DNA of 64,000 bases from Octopus sinensis (GCF_006345805.1 NC_043004.1:84878001-84942000); one strand, 5' to 3'. Shown: positions 1 to 13,329, counted from the stretch's first letter. Numbers and translations are program-made. Notes: generated from the sequence alone by a model not told the origin.

Positions 1-814
1 ATCATTCCCGTTTTTTCTTTTCTATACCATAGAGGAATTAAGCTTTTCTTTATAATATGCATTTCGTGGAGTTTGGTTGCCAATATATTTAAGCTATTTA
101 CTGTATTTTGCAGTGTCTTTGTTGAAATTTTTATGCAGCTTTGTCAATTCAAAAGCTAGAATATTCGCTAAGCAGTTTTGTTATATTCCATATATTTCGT
201 TTTGAAATGTGCCAGTTGTGCATAAAATGGAAAGTATCTTCTGAGAATAGAATTTAGCGATGACATGTCATACCTATGGATATCCGCGGTCTCTCTTCCA
301 CAAAAAGCTATTGTTAACGTATTTATTATAGACATGCTTGTTTCGTATCTGTCCAAGCAATTTTAAAGACGAAGTCGTTCAGCCATTGTAAGCTGGCAGT
401 TTTATTATCCAAGATGCATAATATTCGACAAATTTATTTTCAAAACATTGATGAGACTCTAAGAATTTTCCAGAAGGCGTTGGTTGGGTTGAGTATATCG
501 TAATTGTGTTGGGATATATATTGTAAATTTATATTTAGATGAGTCATTAAATGAAATGCATTAAATGCCTGAACAGTTTAAAGTTGGTATCAGAAACAAC
601 ATAAGCGTTATTCCTGTTCAGCTTTACAACGCACACACACTCATGCATCTAGCATAAAAGAGAAAGGAAACAGAAATACGAAACACTCTTCCTGAAGATA
701 ACATTACGCTTACACTCTTATTCTCTTTTAATTTAGAAATATGAAAACGCTATATAATGGCCCACTCATGCATAAACCCACAGCAATGTTGACATTATTT
801 ATTCATCATTACAA

Positions 815-1446
815 GGCGACGAGCTGGCAGAAACGTTAGCACGCCGGGCGAAATACATAGCCGTATTTAGTCTGCCATTACGTTCTGAGTTCAAATTCCG
901 CCGAGGTTGACTTTGCCTTTTATCCTTTCGGGGTCGATTAAATATGTACCAGATACGCACTGGGGTCGATATAATCGACTTAATCCGTGTGTTTGTCCTT
1001 GTGTGTCCTCTCTGTGTTTAGTCCCTTGTGAGTAGTAAAGAAATAGGTATTTCGTCTGCCGCTACGTTTTGAGTTCAAATTCCGCCAAGGTCGACTCTGC
1101 ATTTCATCCTTTAAGGGTCGATAAATTAAGTACCAGTTGCGTACTGGAATCGATCTAATTGACTGACCCCTTACTCAAAATTTCGAGCCTTGTGCCTAGA
1201 TTAGAAACGATTATTTTTTTCAGCATTACTAGGCGGTGAGCTGGCAGAGACGTTAGCATGGTGGACGAAATCTAAGCGGCATTTAGCCCATTATTACCTT
1301 CTGATTTCAAATTCCACCGAGGTCAACATTGCCTTTCATCCTTTCGGTGTCGATCAATTATGTACTAGTTATGCACTGTCGTCAATTTTATCGACCAGTC
1401 CTCTCCCACAAATGTCACGATTTGTGCCTATCGTAGAAAGGATTAT
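815..1446 (+). mobile_element. Cluster of three units of the abundant octopus-type SINE (family 'A' here: GGCGAGCTGGCAGAAACGTTAGCACG...GAGTTCAAATTCCGCCGAGGTCGAC...)
   Basis: Units at ~815-1045, 1046-1214 (headless second unit) and 1231-1446. All share the GAGTTCAAATTCC B-box-like motif and the CCTTTCGGGGTCGATAAATTAAGTACCAG core with many other copies in the window. Confidence 0.85.
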
Positions 1447-1842
1447 TTATTCAGCACTAGACGTATCTCATTTGCTAACAGGTGTTACAAAATTGTACAT
1501 GTAGGAGAAACGTGGATGACATCACCTTTCTGAAATTCTTCAGACAGAGAATCAAATAAAACAGCTGGTGATGTGGCTGTCCTTCTGAAGAATTTCTACT
1601 ACAGGTACAATTTTGTACATATATAGAAGTGAAACCCGTGCAATGGTGAATAACTAATACAAAAAATGTTTTCACAATTTCTTGTTTAATATCTAATTAC
1701 TCCGCAAACAATATTTTTCAAGTCTTTCGGAATTCTTACGCATACTTCACACAAATATAATATCTGCACCCGAACCTGCAACCGACTCCGCAGTTCTGGG
1801 ATAAGTACATGCGTCTGAAAAGGACACAGTTTATATTATAAA

Positions 1843-1899
<57 letters not shown>

Positions 1900-3319
1900 T
1901 AGAGAATGTGAAGAGATTAAAATACCCCCATTTCTCAGTGTGCTACTATTTATTCGTTCATGTATATAAATTTCGAAAGCAGCAGCCTGGAAACTTTCTG
2001 CTTCAGTGAATAATAACTACTGTCAGCCCTGGGATTTTCGACAAACTAATCTCAAAATATATATGCTATCATTTCTCTATAGCTACATTAAGTAACATTA
2101 AATATATATATTTACCCAACAATGAGAACAAAAGATAAATAATACCTCCTGAGATGTATATGAACATCTAAAATTATTCTCCAAGTCAAGCTAAATTTGA
2201 TCGAAAAACAATAAATAAAATCCGCTGCATGTTCCCCGGAGATTCGATATTTGTTTAAAATATTTAGACCTATTTATCATTTGAGATGAATGACTCATAC
2301 AATAAAGATCAATATACAACTACACAGGTCATTCATCAAATAATTCCTTGTATCGGCACGTCAAATATTCAATGATATTAAGTAACTAATAATCTTTCAT
2401 ATTAGTTCGTGTTGTGTTAGAGTAAATAAACCAGTGTCCCGTGAATGTGATAATAAGTATCAGTTACTTGAACCGAAGTGAACACTTACATGCCATTTAA
2501 TAATAACTTAGTTCTTTTGATTTCCTACGAATGTGGAAAGGAGATTTTAATGTCTATGTATGACTCACGAGATTAGTTAGATGAGAAAAATATGAACGGC
2601 TTTTAATTGAAATTGCGTGCTGATCTTGATTCTATGGAAAGGAGGTTTAATTTAGTGTCTTTCTTTCTCTGCTCAGAAATAGAATGTGTGTTGAAAACCG
2701 AACTCTTTATACACGATGATAAGTTAAATGAATTAATGTTTGTATCCTGTCTCGCTCCTTATCTTTGAAAGAATTTTAAAATAGGTGTTGTATATAATGA
2801 GACATATACATCAGAAATTTCATCTGCTATCTTTTCATTTCATCGGTCAATCGATGTAACGTTCCTACCTCGAGCTCACTTGGCGTTACGATGCATTACG
2901 ATGCAAGTGAACGGATACGACCATCTCTTTCATTATAATGTCTACCTTTCGTGCCATCCGACTTCAAAGTATTGAAAAAGCTAATGAAGCGTTATTTTCC
3001 TTAAATTGACTGAGGCAATAAAATTTCGTTACTAAAATAATTGCCTGGAAATGTTTACGAAATCTATTGAAATTGTTTCTTAGATTCAGTCTGCAACGCA
3101 GACTCGCTTTCCTGGGGGCATATAATGACTCAGTGTAATTTACAAATGGTAGCTCAGTACATATACATGTGCGTAGTATAACAATAAACATAGTGCAAAT
3201 AATATCTAAAGTCCAATGTATATGTATACACATTTACGCACACACACACACACACACATTTACATATGTAAGCCTGTATGCATGTATGTATGTGTGTATA
3301 TATCTATGTATGTAGTGAG

Positions 3320-3450
3320 AATTAAAAGATAGACGGGTGTGTAAACAACTGATGTATTAGTTTAACGCATTGGAAGTGAGAAAGACTTTTACATTTCGAG
3401 CCTACGCTCTTCGACAGGATGAACACAGAAATAAACAGGGTGAGAAAACA
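3320..3450 (-). repeat. Fragment of a PLE-like repeat carrying a hammerhead-like motif (family H3)
   Basis: Minus strand reads CTGTCGA-A-GAGC-GTAG-GCTC-GAA-ATGT-A-AAAG. Homologous to 13330-13836 (+) and 55405-55550 (-). Confidence 0.65.
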
Positions 3451-4542
3451 GAAAATACGAAATAGAAAATAGTATATATGCATATATGCATGTATTTCTG
3501 CATTTACAGATGTACGTATGCTGTTAAGTAAAAAATGTATATATTATATAGTGAATATTTAGTAACCTCTTTCAGCAACTAATTGTGAGTAAAACCTAGT
3601 GTTAGAAGCATGCTTTTGATATATGTGTCCTTATGCATTTGCATAGATTGTCACTTTTTAAAATCACCAGTAGTCACTGATGTGCCTCGGATTAACTTAA
3701 AAAGAAGGAGTCATTATTCTAATACTGTAAGTATAGGCATGTGTTTTTGAATAAATTCAGGTTTTCTTTTGAAAACGATAACCTGTTTAACTGCAACACA
3801 TGTCTCTGGTGTATTTTGCCTGAGTCAAATAAGCAGCAAGAATTACCCCAAGGTCTTCTTTCCAAAAAAAAAAATCAATATCTTGATGAGTTCTTTACAC
3901 CTTCAAATATGTCAGGAAATATGTCGTCATTTTCGTCGATCAGCTTGGAAAACTTGCATTAAGGGAAATTAATTTAATTCCCTACTAAAGTGATGACCAT
4001 TTTGGTGACATACATGAAATGACATCTGGTGTCTAAGGATTTAACCAACAATGTTTTTAGCTTAATTCCTACGCATCACATGCATTTGCTCCGCGAAATG
4101 TTATTTCATACCTTCAGCAAGAACAGCAGCAGATACATCGGCCATTTTCATTAACAGATCAGCAACTGCGTCGATGATATATGATCTGGCGCATGTATTT
4201 TTGACAGCTTTAAAAGCTTCAGGAAGTTTTCTGATTTCCAAGCATTTCCCGCAAAGGCCGAAACTGCGGTATGTGCAAAAGATATCAAACTTCATAGCAA
4301 CAGTAACTCTCAAACTTTGCTACATGTATTTAATTGAACAAATGCCATTTAACAAGTTTCTACATATAGTTTCCCTCTCTTTTCTTTTTATAAAGCATGA
4401 GCAATTAATAAATTCGAATGTAATACCTGTTGTCGTTTATGCACACAGACACACGGACACACGCATACACACAGACAAACACGAACACACACATATGTTA
4501 TATTACTCATATTATATATAATATATATAACACATATATATA

Positions 4543-4606
<64 letters not shown>

Positions 4607-5033
4607 GGGAGAGAGAGGGAGAGAGAGAGAGAAAGAGTGAGGCATGAGAAAGGAAATTGAATTAACGACACATTTTTTAAAACTTCAGTAATAAGTGAAG
4701 CGTTATGTAATCGTTATCTTATACCCATGGTGTAGAATATTATTCTACAGGTGATTGTTTAATTGAGTTCTTCGTTATATTCTCTTGACATTTCACTTAT
4801 TTTGATATGTATACCCAGAGTGGTATGCCATTCCCAGCTTTTACACAAAAAGAAAAACCATAGATACAGAAGCAAGCAAAATTCAATTATAATCAGAATG
4901 CAAAATACATCGATTAAAAATACTCAAAGACAAAGATATCAGGTTTCACTTCAGATTTTTATTCTATCTAAAGGTCATATTCTAAGGAAGACAGTATTAG
5001 GCAGTCTAAAGAATAATATGAAGAATGCAATAA

Positions 5034-5251
5034 GGCGGCGAGCTGGCACGCCGGGCGAAATGCGTAGCCGTATTTCGTCTGCCGTTAAGTGCTGAGTTCA
5101 AATTCCGCCGATGTCGACTTTGCCTTTCATCCTTTCGGGGTCGATAAATTAAGTACCAGTTACGCACTGGGGTCGATGTAATCGACCTAATTCATTTATC
5201 TGTCCTTGTTTGTCCCCTCTTTGTTTAGCCCCTTGTGGGTAATAAAGAAAC
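5034..5251 (+). mobile_element. SINE family A copy
   Basis: Near full-length match to the other family A copies, with a small head deletion. Confidence 0.9.
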
Positions 5252-5291
5252 AGATATCAAAACAAATACATACAATATGATATAGAGAAGT

Positions 5292-5324
<33 letters not shown>

Positions 5325-5795
5325 TAAATGGAGTTGAGTGAAAGTTTTATCATGCAGTTGGTGTAGATGTTGTATAGTTCAGGGCCAATTTGAACCATTG
5401 TACAATGCTGCATTCTACTAGTGACCATCTGGTACTTTTATCGGAATAAATATACATATGGCAACGTTAATTAAACTGTCTTTCCTCATTTCAAACCATA
5501 ATACGATACAATGTGAGTCAATGGAATTTTGATTGCTTTTTGCCGCAGAACAAACCCATATCGAGAATTCTTCTTTGAGACATGTAAATCATGTAAGTCT
5601 GACCCCCGGTTTTCAAGATATAGACATACATATTTCATACCAGACTGATAGGCCTAATCGAATATGTATAAGATTTCTTTTACGTGAACTCGTGTGATTA
5701 AATAAGAAATATAATCAGTGTGCCAAAAAGACCAGTTGTTTAGAGTTACATACAACAAACTCAATAACATGTTTCAGGCAGAAGTATATTTTAAA

Positions 5796-5850
5796 CCATG
5801 GCGGGCCAAACTGAGGCCCGCAGGCGGCATGTAACCAGCAGGCCGCCCTC
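5796..5850 (+). mobile_element. Possible decayed hAT/Charlie-like terminal sequence
   Basis: CATGGCGGGCCAAACTGAGGCCCGCAGGCGGCATG resembles the CAGGGG(T)GGGCAAACT..GGCCCGCGGGCCGCATG termini of hAT MITEs. No partner TIR found. Confidence 0.35.
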
Positions 5851-6264
5851 ATTATACTCTCTTCAAATGGGTTTATTTAAAGAAACATTTTGAAAATTTT
5901 ATCAAAAGTTAAAGATTGTATAGAAAAGTAAAGAACATTTTAAAACAGTTATCAAAAATTAAGAAACATAATGAAAAGTAAAAAAAGAAAGATACCATTA
6001 TTTATGCAACGATAATGTTTCATGTTGAATCAACGATCATTCTTTCATTATTGTAATAATAGCATGAGAAAGCAAAATGCTTTCAATTCTGTCCATATAG
6101 AAGTTGCCCTCGGAAAGCTTTCTGTGATTAAAGTGGCCAGGAATTTAATCTTTTAAAAGTATCACCGTTAAACCTACTTTCCGGTCCACTTTTCACGGGG
6201 GAAAGTACTCATTGCATGATTTATAAAGGTTTCAGGATCTCTCCCTACCTCCTTCTCTCTCTGC

Positions 6265-6349
<85 letters not shown>

Positions 6350-6361
6350 TAAATACATATA

Positions 6362-6587
6362 GGCGGCGAGCTGGTAGAAACGTTAGCACGCCGGGCGAAA
6401 TTCGTAGTCGTATTTCGTCTGTCGTTACGTTCCGAGTTCAAATTCCGCCGAGGTCGACTTTGCCTTTCATCCTTTCGGGGTCGATAAATTAAGTACCAGT
6501 TACGCACTGGGGTCGATGTAGTCGACTTAATCCCTTTGTCTGTCCTTGTTTGTCCCCTCTGTGTTTAGCCCCTTGTGGGTAGTAAAG

Positions 6588-6591
<4 letters not shown>
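6362..6591 (+). mobile_element. SINE family A copy inserted in (TA)n
   Basis: Full-length, low-divergence copy flanked by (TA)n on both sides. Confidence 0.92.
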
Positions 6592-6631
<40 letters not shown>

Positions 6632-6869
6632 TATATACGTATATGTATATATGTGTGTGTTTGTGTGTGTGTGTGCGTGTGTGTGTAAACACATACTCAC
6701 AGAACATTCAATTTTGATTTGAAGATGCCTACATTCATTCCATGTAGGTCCTTCAAGCTTTTAGGCCAAGGTGATAGCGAAGAATTGTGGACCCTTCAAA
6801 TACGAGCTGTTGCAGTATATATTTTTCTTTAACTTGATGGCGACGTCAGGAATTTTGGCATAATATACT

Positions 6870-7030
6870 GGTGTGGCTCTGCAGTAGGAAGTTCTTCACA
6901 ACCACATGGCTTTGGGTTCAATCCCACTGCTTGAAAATTTGCCCACTTCTCTTTGATAGCCAGTCCCGGCTCACCAATGATTTGTGAATGGATTTGGTAG
7001 ACGGAAACTCTAAGAAATCCGCCGTATATA
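6870..7030 (+). mobile_element. tRNA-derived SINE family B, 5' half (diverged)
   Basis: GTGTGGCT..GGTTCAATCCCACTGC...GGATTTGGTAGACGGAAACT; homologous to 21086-21510. Confidence 0.8.
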
Positions 7031-7108
7031 TACGGTTGTCAAGCGATGCTGGGGACAGAAACACAGACACGAAAACATATACACACACACACACACACAC
7101 ACGCATAC

Positions 7109-7184
<76 letters not shown>

Positions 7185-7218
7185 CATATATACGCATATA
7201 CATATATATAGATACGCA

Positions 7219-7273
<55 letters not shown>

Positions 7274-7421
7274 GACGGGCTACTTTCAGTTTCCGTCTAC
7301 CAAATACACTCACACGGCTTCGGTCGGCGCGAGGCTGTAGAAGAAGACAGTTGCCCAAGGTGCCTCGCAGTTGGACTGAACCCGGAATAGCTTGGCAAGC
7401 AAGCTATTTACTACACAGCCA
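7031..7421 (-). mobile_element. tRNA-derived SINE family B with internal (TA)n/(CA)n
   Basis: Reverse complement of the family B head at 7272-7421 plus the downstream GCATCGCTTGACAACCG segment. Confidence 0.85.
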
Positions 7422-7801
7422 CTGCCGCGCATTTGTTTTTATATTTCAAATTACAGTGAGGCTATTTAAACTATAGACAGCACTCCGTTATCCCCTCGCT
7501 TATCTTCATGCAACGTAAGTGATCTTTAATACATTGGTCATACGCTGGGTGGTGTAGAGGTGATTTATTTCAATTTATTATAACTAATTATTTTATGTCT
7601 TGAACAGAAAGTGAATTCCGAAACGTGATGCGCGTGCAACAAATTCATCGAGGCTATGAATGTATTTGCTTCTGAATGTTGGAAACGGAAATTAACCACA
7701 AATTGACCAGGCATCTTATGCACTCATATAGACACAAGCATGCATATATATATATTATATATATGAATACACACACACACACACCACACACACACACACA
7801 C

Positions 7802-7964
<163 letters not shown>

Positions 7965-8167
7965 GCAGTCAGATAAAATAAATTGATAAAAACATACATA
8001 GGTACACATCCATACGTACTTATATACTTTTGTTAATATTTAGCAGACGTAACAGAGTGATGCAAAGTACACATACTTGTTAGCATGAGTACTACTTTCA
8101 TATCTTTTTGAAACTTTTGTTAATGAGCAACGTTGCTAATACATACACACATACAAACACACATGCT

Positions 8168-8505
8168 TCTATACATTATGCCTGCCCCGTCGTTATGGAG
8201 TATGGCCATTGCACGAAGCTTAACTGCTACTGGGGCTGTGATCGAATGTGACTTTTTAGCCCAGCCAAAGATCTACAATGTCTTGTACAAAATTGGCAAC
8301 TAAAACCTTTACCGGTAATAGTCGGCTGTAGTTGTAACTGGGCTTCATGTACCTTTGCATGTCGTTTCAGTCCTCCTGCCAAATTACACTCTCTTCCACA
8401 TGTCCGGCAGATATGATTAGTATGGTCTGTTACACCACCACCAGTGGCCAGGTTGTCACTCATCTGTCTCGCTTTATGACTACGAAGATGACGCTTAAGT
8501 CCAGC
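8168..8505 (-). mobile_element. 3' end of an RTE-clade LINE with C-terminal C2H2 zinc fingers
   Basis: Translation ..AGLKRHLRSH..CRTCGRECNLAGGLKRHAKVH..CQFCTRHCRSLAGLKSHIRS, followed by an RTE-like 3'UTR (GGCCATACTCCATAACGACGGG). Truncated at (TACA)n. Confidence 0.75.
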
Positions 8506-8583
8506 TATACATACATACATACATACATACATACATACATGCATACATACATACATAAATGTGTGTGTATATAAATATATTAT

Positions 8584-8617
<34 letters not shown>

Positions 8618-8618
8618 A

Positions 8619-8945
8619 AGAGGCTAGCTGGTAGAAACGTTAGCACACTGGGTGAAATGCTTAGCGGTATTTTGTCTGCCGTTACGTTCCAAGTTCAAAT
8701 TCCGACAAGGTCCACTTTGTCTTTCATCCTTTCGGGGTCGATAAATTAAGTGCCGGTTATTCACTTGGGTCGATATAATCGACTCAATCCGTTTGTGCGT
8801 TCTCGTTTGTCCCCTTGTGGGTAGTAAAGAAATAGGTATTTCGTCTGGTGTTAAGTTCTGAGTTCAAATTCCACCGAGTTCATCTTTTCGGGGCCGATAA
8901 ATTAAGTACCGGTTACGGACTGGGGTTGATGTAATCGACTTAATC
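8619..8945 (+). mobile_element. SINE family A (monomer plus partial second unit)
   Basis: Same core motifs as the other family A copies. Confidence 0.85.
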
Positions 8946-9824
8946 TCGTTGGTGGAGGCGCATTGACCCAGTGGTGGGGGCGATCCTTTAATAAATTTCA
9001 ACGAAGCTACAAAGAAAATATGCTCATATGTTATGGAATCATATTCGTCCACGCATTCAATTAGGAAAACCATTATTCATAACAAGAAATAAAGTTGTAC
9101 AGTTGCAAAACTTTAGCTAGAAATGTAGTTAAATATAATTCGGCTCATCATTAATTTTCTATATCACCACCCGCATGAATATTCAATCATTTCCAAAGCA
9201 TAACAATAGCCACGGATTTCTGTATCACATTGAGATTATTCGATGTCTGAAATAAATCTAGATGAAAGAGTGACATTTAGAATTAGATAATTTAATGGTT
9301 TCAGTTAATTCCCACGGTATAGATACTGTAATTCAATTCGAAGTCATGCCAGTGCTGCAAGAACATATTCTTCTCTAAAGAACTGATTTTAGTACACATA
9401 GTTCGCGTTCTCAAGTTTCAGAGTAGTTCATTTTCAAATTCGTAACGTATAAAACTGTACTTTAGTCAAAGATCTACCGAGAGACTGACCGTGGGGTAGA
9501 TGAGTACATTAGCAGTAAAATTTTTAAAAGGAAAAATATGTTCAATATATTGTATGGCATACATCAAAGAGTAACAATCAGCATGATTACCAGATCTTTG
9601 AAGGGGAGCATGTTGGGAATATGAAATAAGAAATTAGCATTTTGTGAGTACTTAAGACATACTTGAGACGTTTTTTCCCCCTTTTAAACATTCAAAATAT
9701 AACACTTCATAATGTGGAAAAGACTATCTATGATGAAAAAGATAAATTTATATATTATTACACATACACACAGACACACGCTCTGACACAGACACACACA
9801 CGCACAAACATTAAATGATATATT

Positions 9825-10250
9825 GTTCTAAACGCGTCTGTACAATATGCCAAATGTGGTGTTTGCCTTGTTAGTCTTGACGATTTTCTTGTCGATCTTC
9901 ACATCTCACGTCATTGGCCACCCCAGGTCTGGGAGGAAGAGCGAACACCTGAAAAGGGCACCGAAATCAGCGTGTAACGATTCATATTCTATTCCTTATC
10001 ACCCTCCTACTGCGTGTCGAGTGTCGCATATCGCTACTATCCACGACTCCTCATCATTCTAATATTTCCAACATCCACTGGAGTGAACCCCGTCACCAAT
10101 ATCGAAGTCCTTAATCAGGTAGATGTCTGCACCTCGATGCCTTGCCACTCTGGCTATGGTACGTCTCCAGGATGAAGGGTTGTCTCCTGCCGTATATCAC
10201 GTAATAGAGTGAACAATAAAGCAGACATCAATTTTGGCTGGTCGTTGTTA
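9825..10250 (-). mobile_element. Decayed RTE LINE reverse-transcriptase fragment
   Basis: Minus strand translates DVKIDKKIVKTNKANTTFGILYRRV*NN, matching the RTE motif D.KIDKEI..R.AKA..AFGRL.KRVWNN. Confidence 0.7.
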
Positions 10251-10786
10251 CAACACACATCTATTACAAAATGTTTTCCCACAATTAAAAAAACCGACAC
10301 ATGAGAAAAACAAAACACTGGACCAACAACAATGGCTTAGCTTCGTATTCAAGTACTAAAAAATGTAATATTCTGAATAAGCATATTTGTTTTAATTACA
10401 GTTTATTGGTTTATTTTGAAAATAATTTTAACAATTTAACTGCACTTCAATTTGTGCATAATGAAGCGTTATTGAAAAACATACAAGCAACATGGTAATG
10501 TGACTTTAATGAAAATCTTTTTTTTTAATACATAATGAATTAATTTCAAACAATATTTCGTTAAAGGGATATAAATCAACATCTATGTTGAGAATCTAAT
10601 GAAACAATATTCATCTTAAATACCATATGCGAATGCAGGTGGAGTAAAATGAAAAAGTGGGGCAAAAATCTAATTTATGATTTCTCATCATCTATTCAAT
10701 ATTTTTTCAAACCATAGCAGTGCAAGTATTGTATTATTATTTTGTATTCTTGAATTGATTTTCAGCCTACAAATTGGTCATCATGC

Positions 10787-11213
10787 TTTTCTACTCTAGG
10801 CACAAGGCCGGAAATTTTGAAGGAGGTGGCCAGTCGATTAGATCGACCTCAGTATGAAACTGGTACTAAATTTATTGTCACCGAAAGGATGAAAGGCAAA
10901 AATCAACCTCGGCGGGATTTGAACACTAAACTTAAAGACAGACGAAATACTGCTAAGCATTTCGCATGGCGTGTTGACGTTTCTGCCAGGGCGTTGCCTT
11001 AAGGAATGTTTTCTACTCTTGGCAATCTTGGTTTTCTACTTGCAATCTTTGAGGATAGATCGACCCAGTGCGCAACTGGTACGTAATTTATCAACCGGCA
11101 AAAGACGAAAGCAAAGTTCACATCTGCGGAATTTCAATTCAGAACGTAAAGACAGACAAAAAATCTCTAAGCATTTCACACTGCGTGCTAACATTTCTAC
11201 CACCTCGCCACCT
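10787..11213 (-). mobile_element. Two diverged SINE family A variants in tandem
   Basis: Reverse-complement copies at ~10787-11001 and ~11040-11213, with the CCTTGTGCCTAGAGTAGAAA-type tail. Confidence 0.75.
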
Positions 11214-11324
11214 TGAAATGGCTAGCTATTAATGCCCTGTTGGTCATCAATATTTACGTCCCAGCTTCCAGGGATGTGTTTTGTATGCAAAATTAGTATA
11301 TCCAATGATTTTTTATGCGTCCTT

Positions 11325-11618
11325 TTCAAGCCTAGACAGGCTCATGGGCCCGGTTCCCGGTTTCTGTGGCGTATGTGTCCCCACCGCACCCAGCTGGACG
11401 GGACGCCAGTCCATCACAGCGTTACTCAAGAAACAGTAAGAAAGAGCGAGAGAAGGTTGTCTAAATAGAACAACAGGGGTCGCCAACCCCCCTGCCGGAG
11501 CCTTTGGATCTTTTAGGTGTTTTCGTTCAATAAACACACACAACGCTCGTTCTGGGAATCGAAATCTCGATCCTCCGACCGCGAGTTGGCTGCCCTAACC
11601 ACTGGACCATTGCGATTC
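11325..11618 (-). mobile_element. tRNA-derived SINE (family C; GCAATGGTCCAGTGGTTAGGGCAGC head)
   Basis: A-box and B-box (TTTCGATTCCC) head on the minus strand; body shared with 16263-16558. Confidence 0.8.
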
Positions 11619-12982
11619 CCCATATCCAATAATACTACACCGTTATATTTCGTAGCTATTTAAGCAATGATTTCGCGGAAGATTAATGGTTTGGAAAGGA
11701 ACCGATGAATTAGCAAAAAGTTCTAAATTATGGCATATATGCCCATAATCAATTTTTCATATCCGATCTCATTGTTGTTTAAACTAACTGTTTCTAGAGG
11801 TCATTTGCTTAGCAGATGTAATTTTTGTAGAAAATATACCTTAATATTATATATTTTCTCAAATGATTCATGCAGTAGATATTATTCATTGTACCCCACT
11901 GCATCCTATACATTTAGGAAAAAGTCAGGGAACATCATTTATAATTGAAAACTGAATTAAAAAAAAATGTTTATGAATTATATAGAATACCGCATTCAAT
12001 CATTCGAAAATGCCTAATTTCGATTGATAATTAGGTATATTGTCATTAGTAATTTATTTGCTTATTACTGTTATGATTAAGAAGATAATAATTGTTAAGT
12101 AGTTCAGATGATATTTAACTTCTTAAATATATAAAAACCCAACATTTTCAATATAGGTTTCTACACCCTATCCATTAATCTCGCCTTGTCAGAGCGTTGA
12201 TCATAGAGACACGGATGTCGACATATATTCTACTACAGTAGAGATTCCTTTACCAATACGAATATAAATTAATTATTGTTATACAGATAATCTATAATCT
12301 TATAGTTCCATATTATAGTTGATAAAACAAAAATAGCAAAGTGAATACTTATGTTCATATAATATAATTAAAGTTTCATTTAATGCAACATATATATTAT
12401 ATTATTGCAATTCGTAATTTGATACATTCTTCTTGTAAAATCTGTATGATTTCTAAAACGTACCAATTTTTCAGAGCTATATACACATTATAAATTTGGT
12501 TGTTATGTAGAATAATCTTCCCACTACTAACAGTTGCGTTAATAATATATATTAACAATCTAATCAGTACAGTTATCTAAATATAGAGAGCTAGAATGAA
12601 AAGCAATTAAAAGCAATTACTTGAAGAATGTTGAATTGTTTTAGTTTATGTGCAATTATTAACAACAGGAAGAAAAATTTATTCTAATTGCTCTACAATG
12701 TAATGGTGAAATAATTGGTGAATTTAAATATCTTACATAATGAATAAGTCATTAAAATTTGATTGTAAATCTATATTGTCTGCCTGAGTGATTCAAGAAT
12801 ACTCAATTCTTATTGACTAAAATACCCACTCTATTAGTTGCAAAAATCCTGAAAAGAAAGCTACAGAAATGCAAGAATATGAACAACATAAAATAATTAA
12901 AAGTTCTTTTTATAGAAATCTTCATTATATATATATATATATAGATAGATAGATAGATATATATATGTGTGTGTGTGTATGT

Positions 12983-13013
<31 letters not shown>

Positions 13014-13059
13014 CGCGTGTGTGTGTGTGTGTATGTATGTATATATACACAAAATGTTT

Positions 13060-13320
13060 TTTCAGAATGAGATAAAAAATCAAGGCCGTGAAGATTTTAG
13101 AAGATTTGTAAATAGGTCTTACAGCAGTTTCGAGGGTGTTTATTATATTCTTTCATCGGAGACGGTGTGAGAAAATGGTTAAGCAATAGTTAATTTAGAT
13201 AAGATACGAAATAGAGAGTGAAGTGGTGGAATGAAAATAGATGTGAGATATGCAGGGATATTGGATTTGTAGATCCATTATTTAGGCAGAATGGTATACA
13301 TATATGATTCCAATATTTTA
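13060..13320 (-). repeat. PLE-like repeat with a decayed minimal hammerhead (family H4)
   Basis: Minus strand GTCT-CCGATGA-...-GAA-ACTGCTGT-A-AGAC at 13163-13116. Confidence 0.55.
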
Positions 13321-13329
13321 GGTACTATA

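Noticed and set aside
9847-10062. ORF resembling a secreted neuropeptide precursor (hydrophobic N-terminus MPNVVFALLVLTIFLSIF, RK/KR sites)
   Set aside because: It is the exact antisense of a decayed RTE RT segment (KIDKKI..KANTTFGILYRRV*NN), which explains the hydrophobic stretch.
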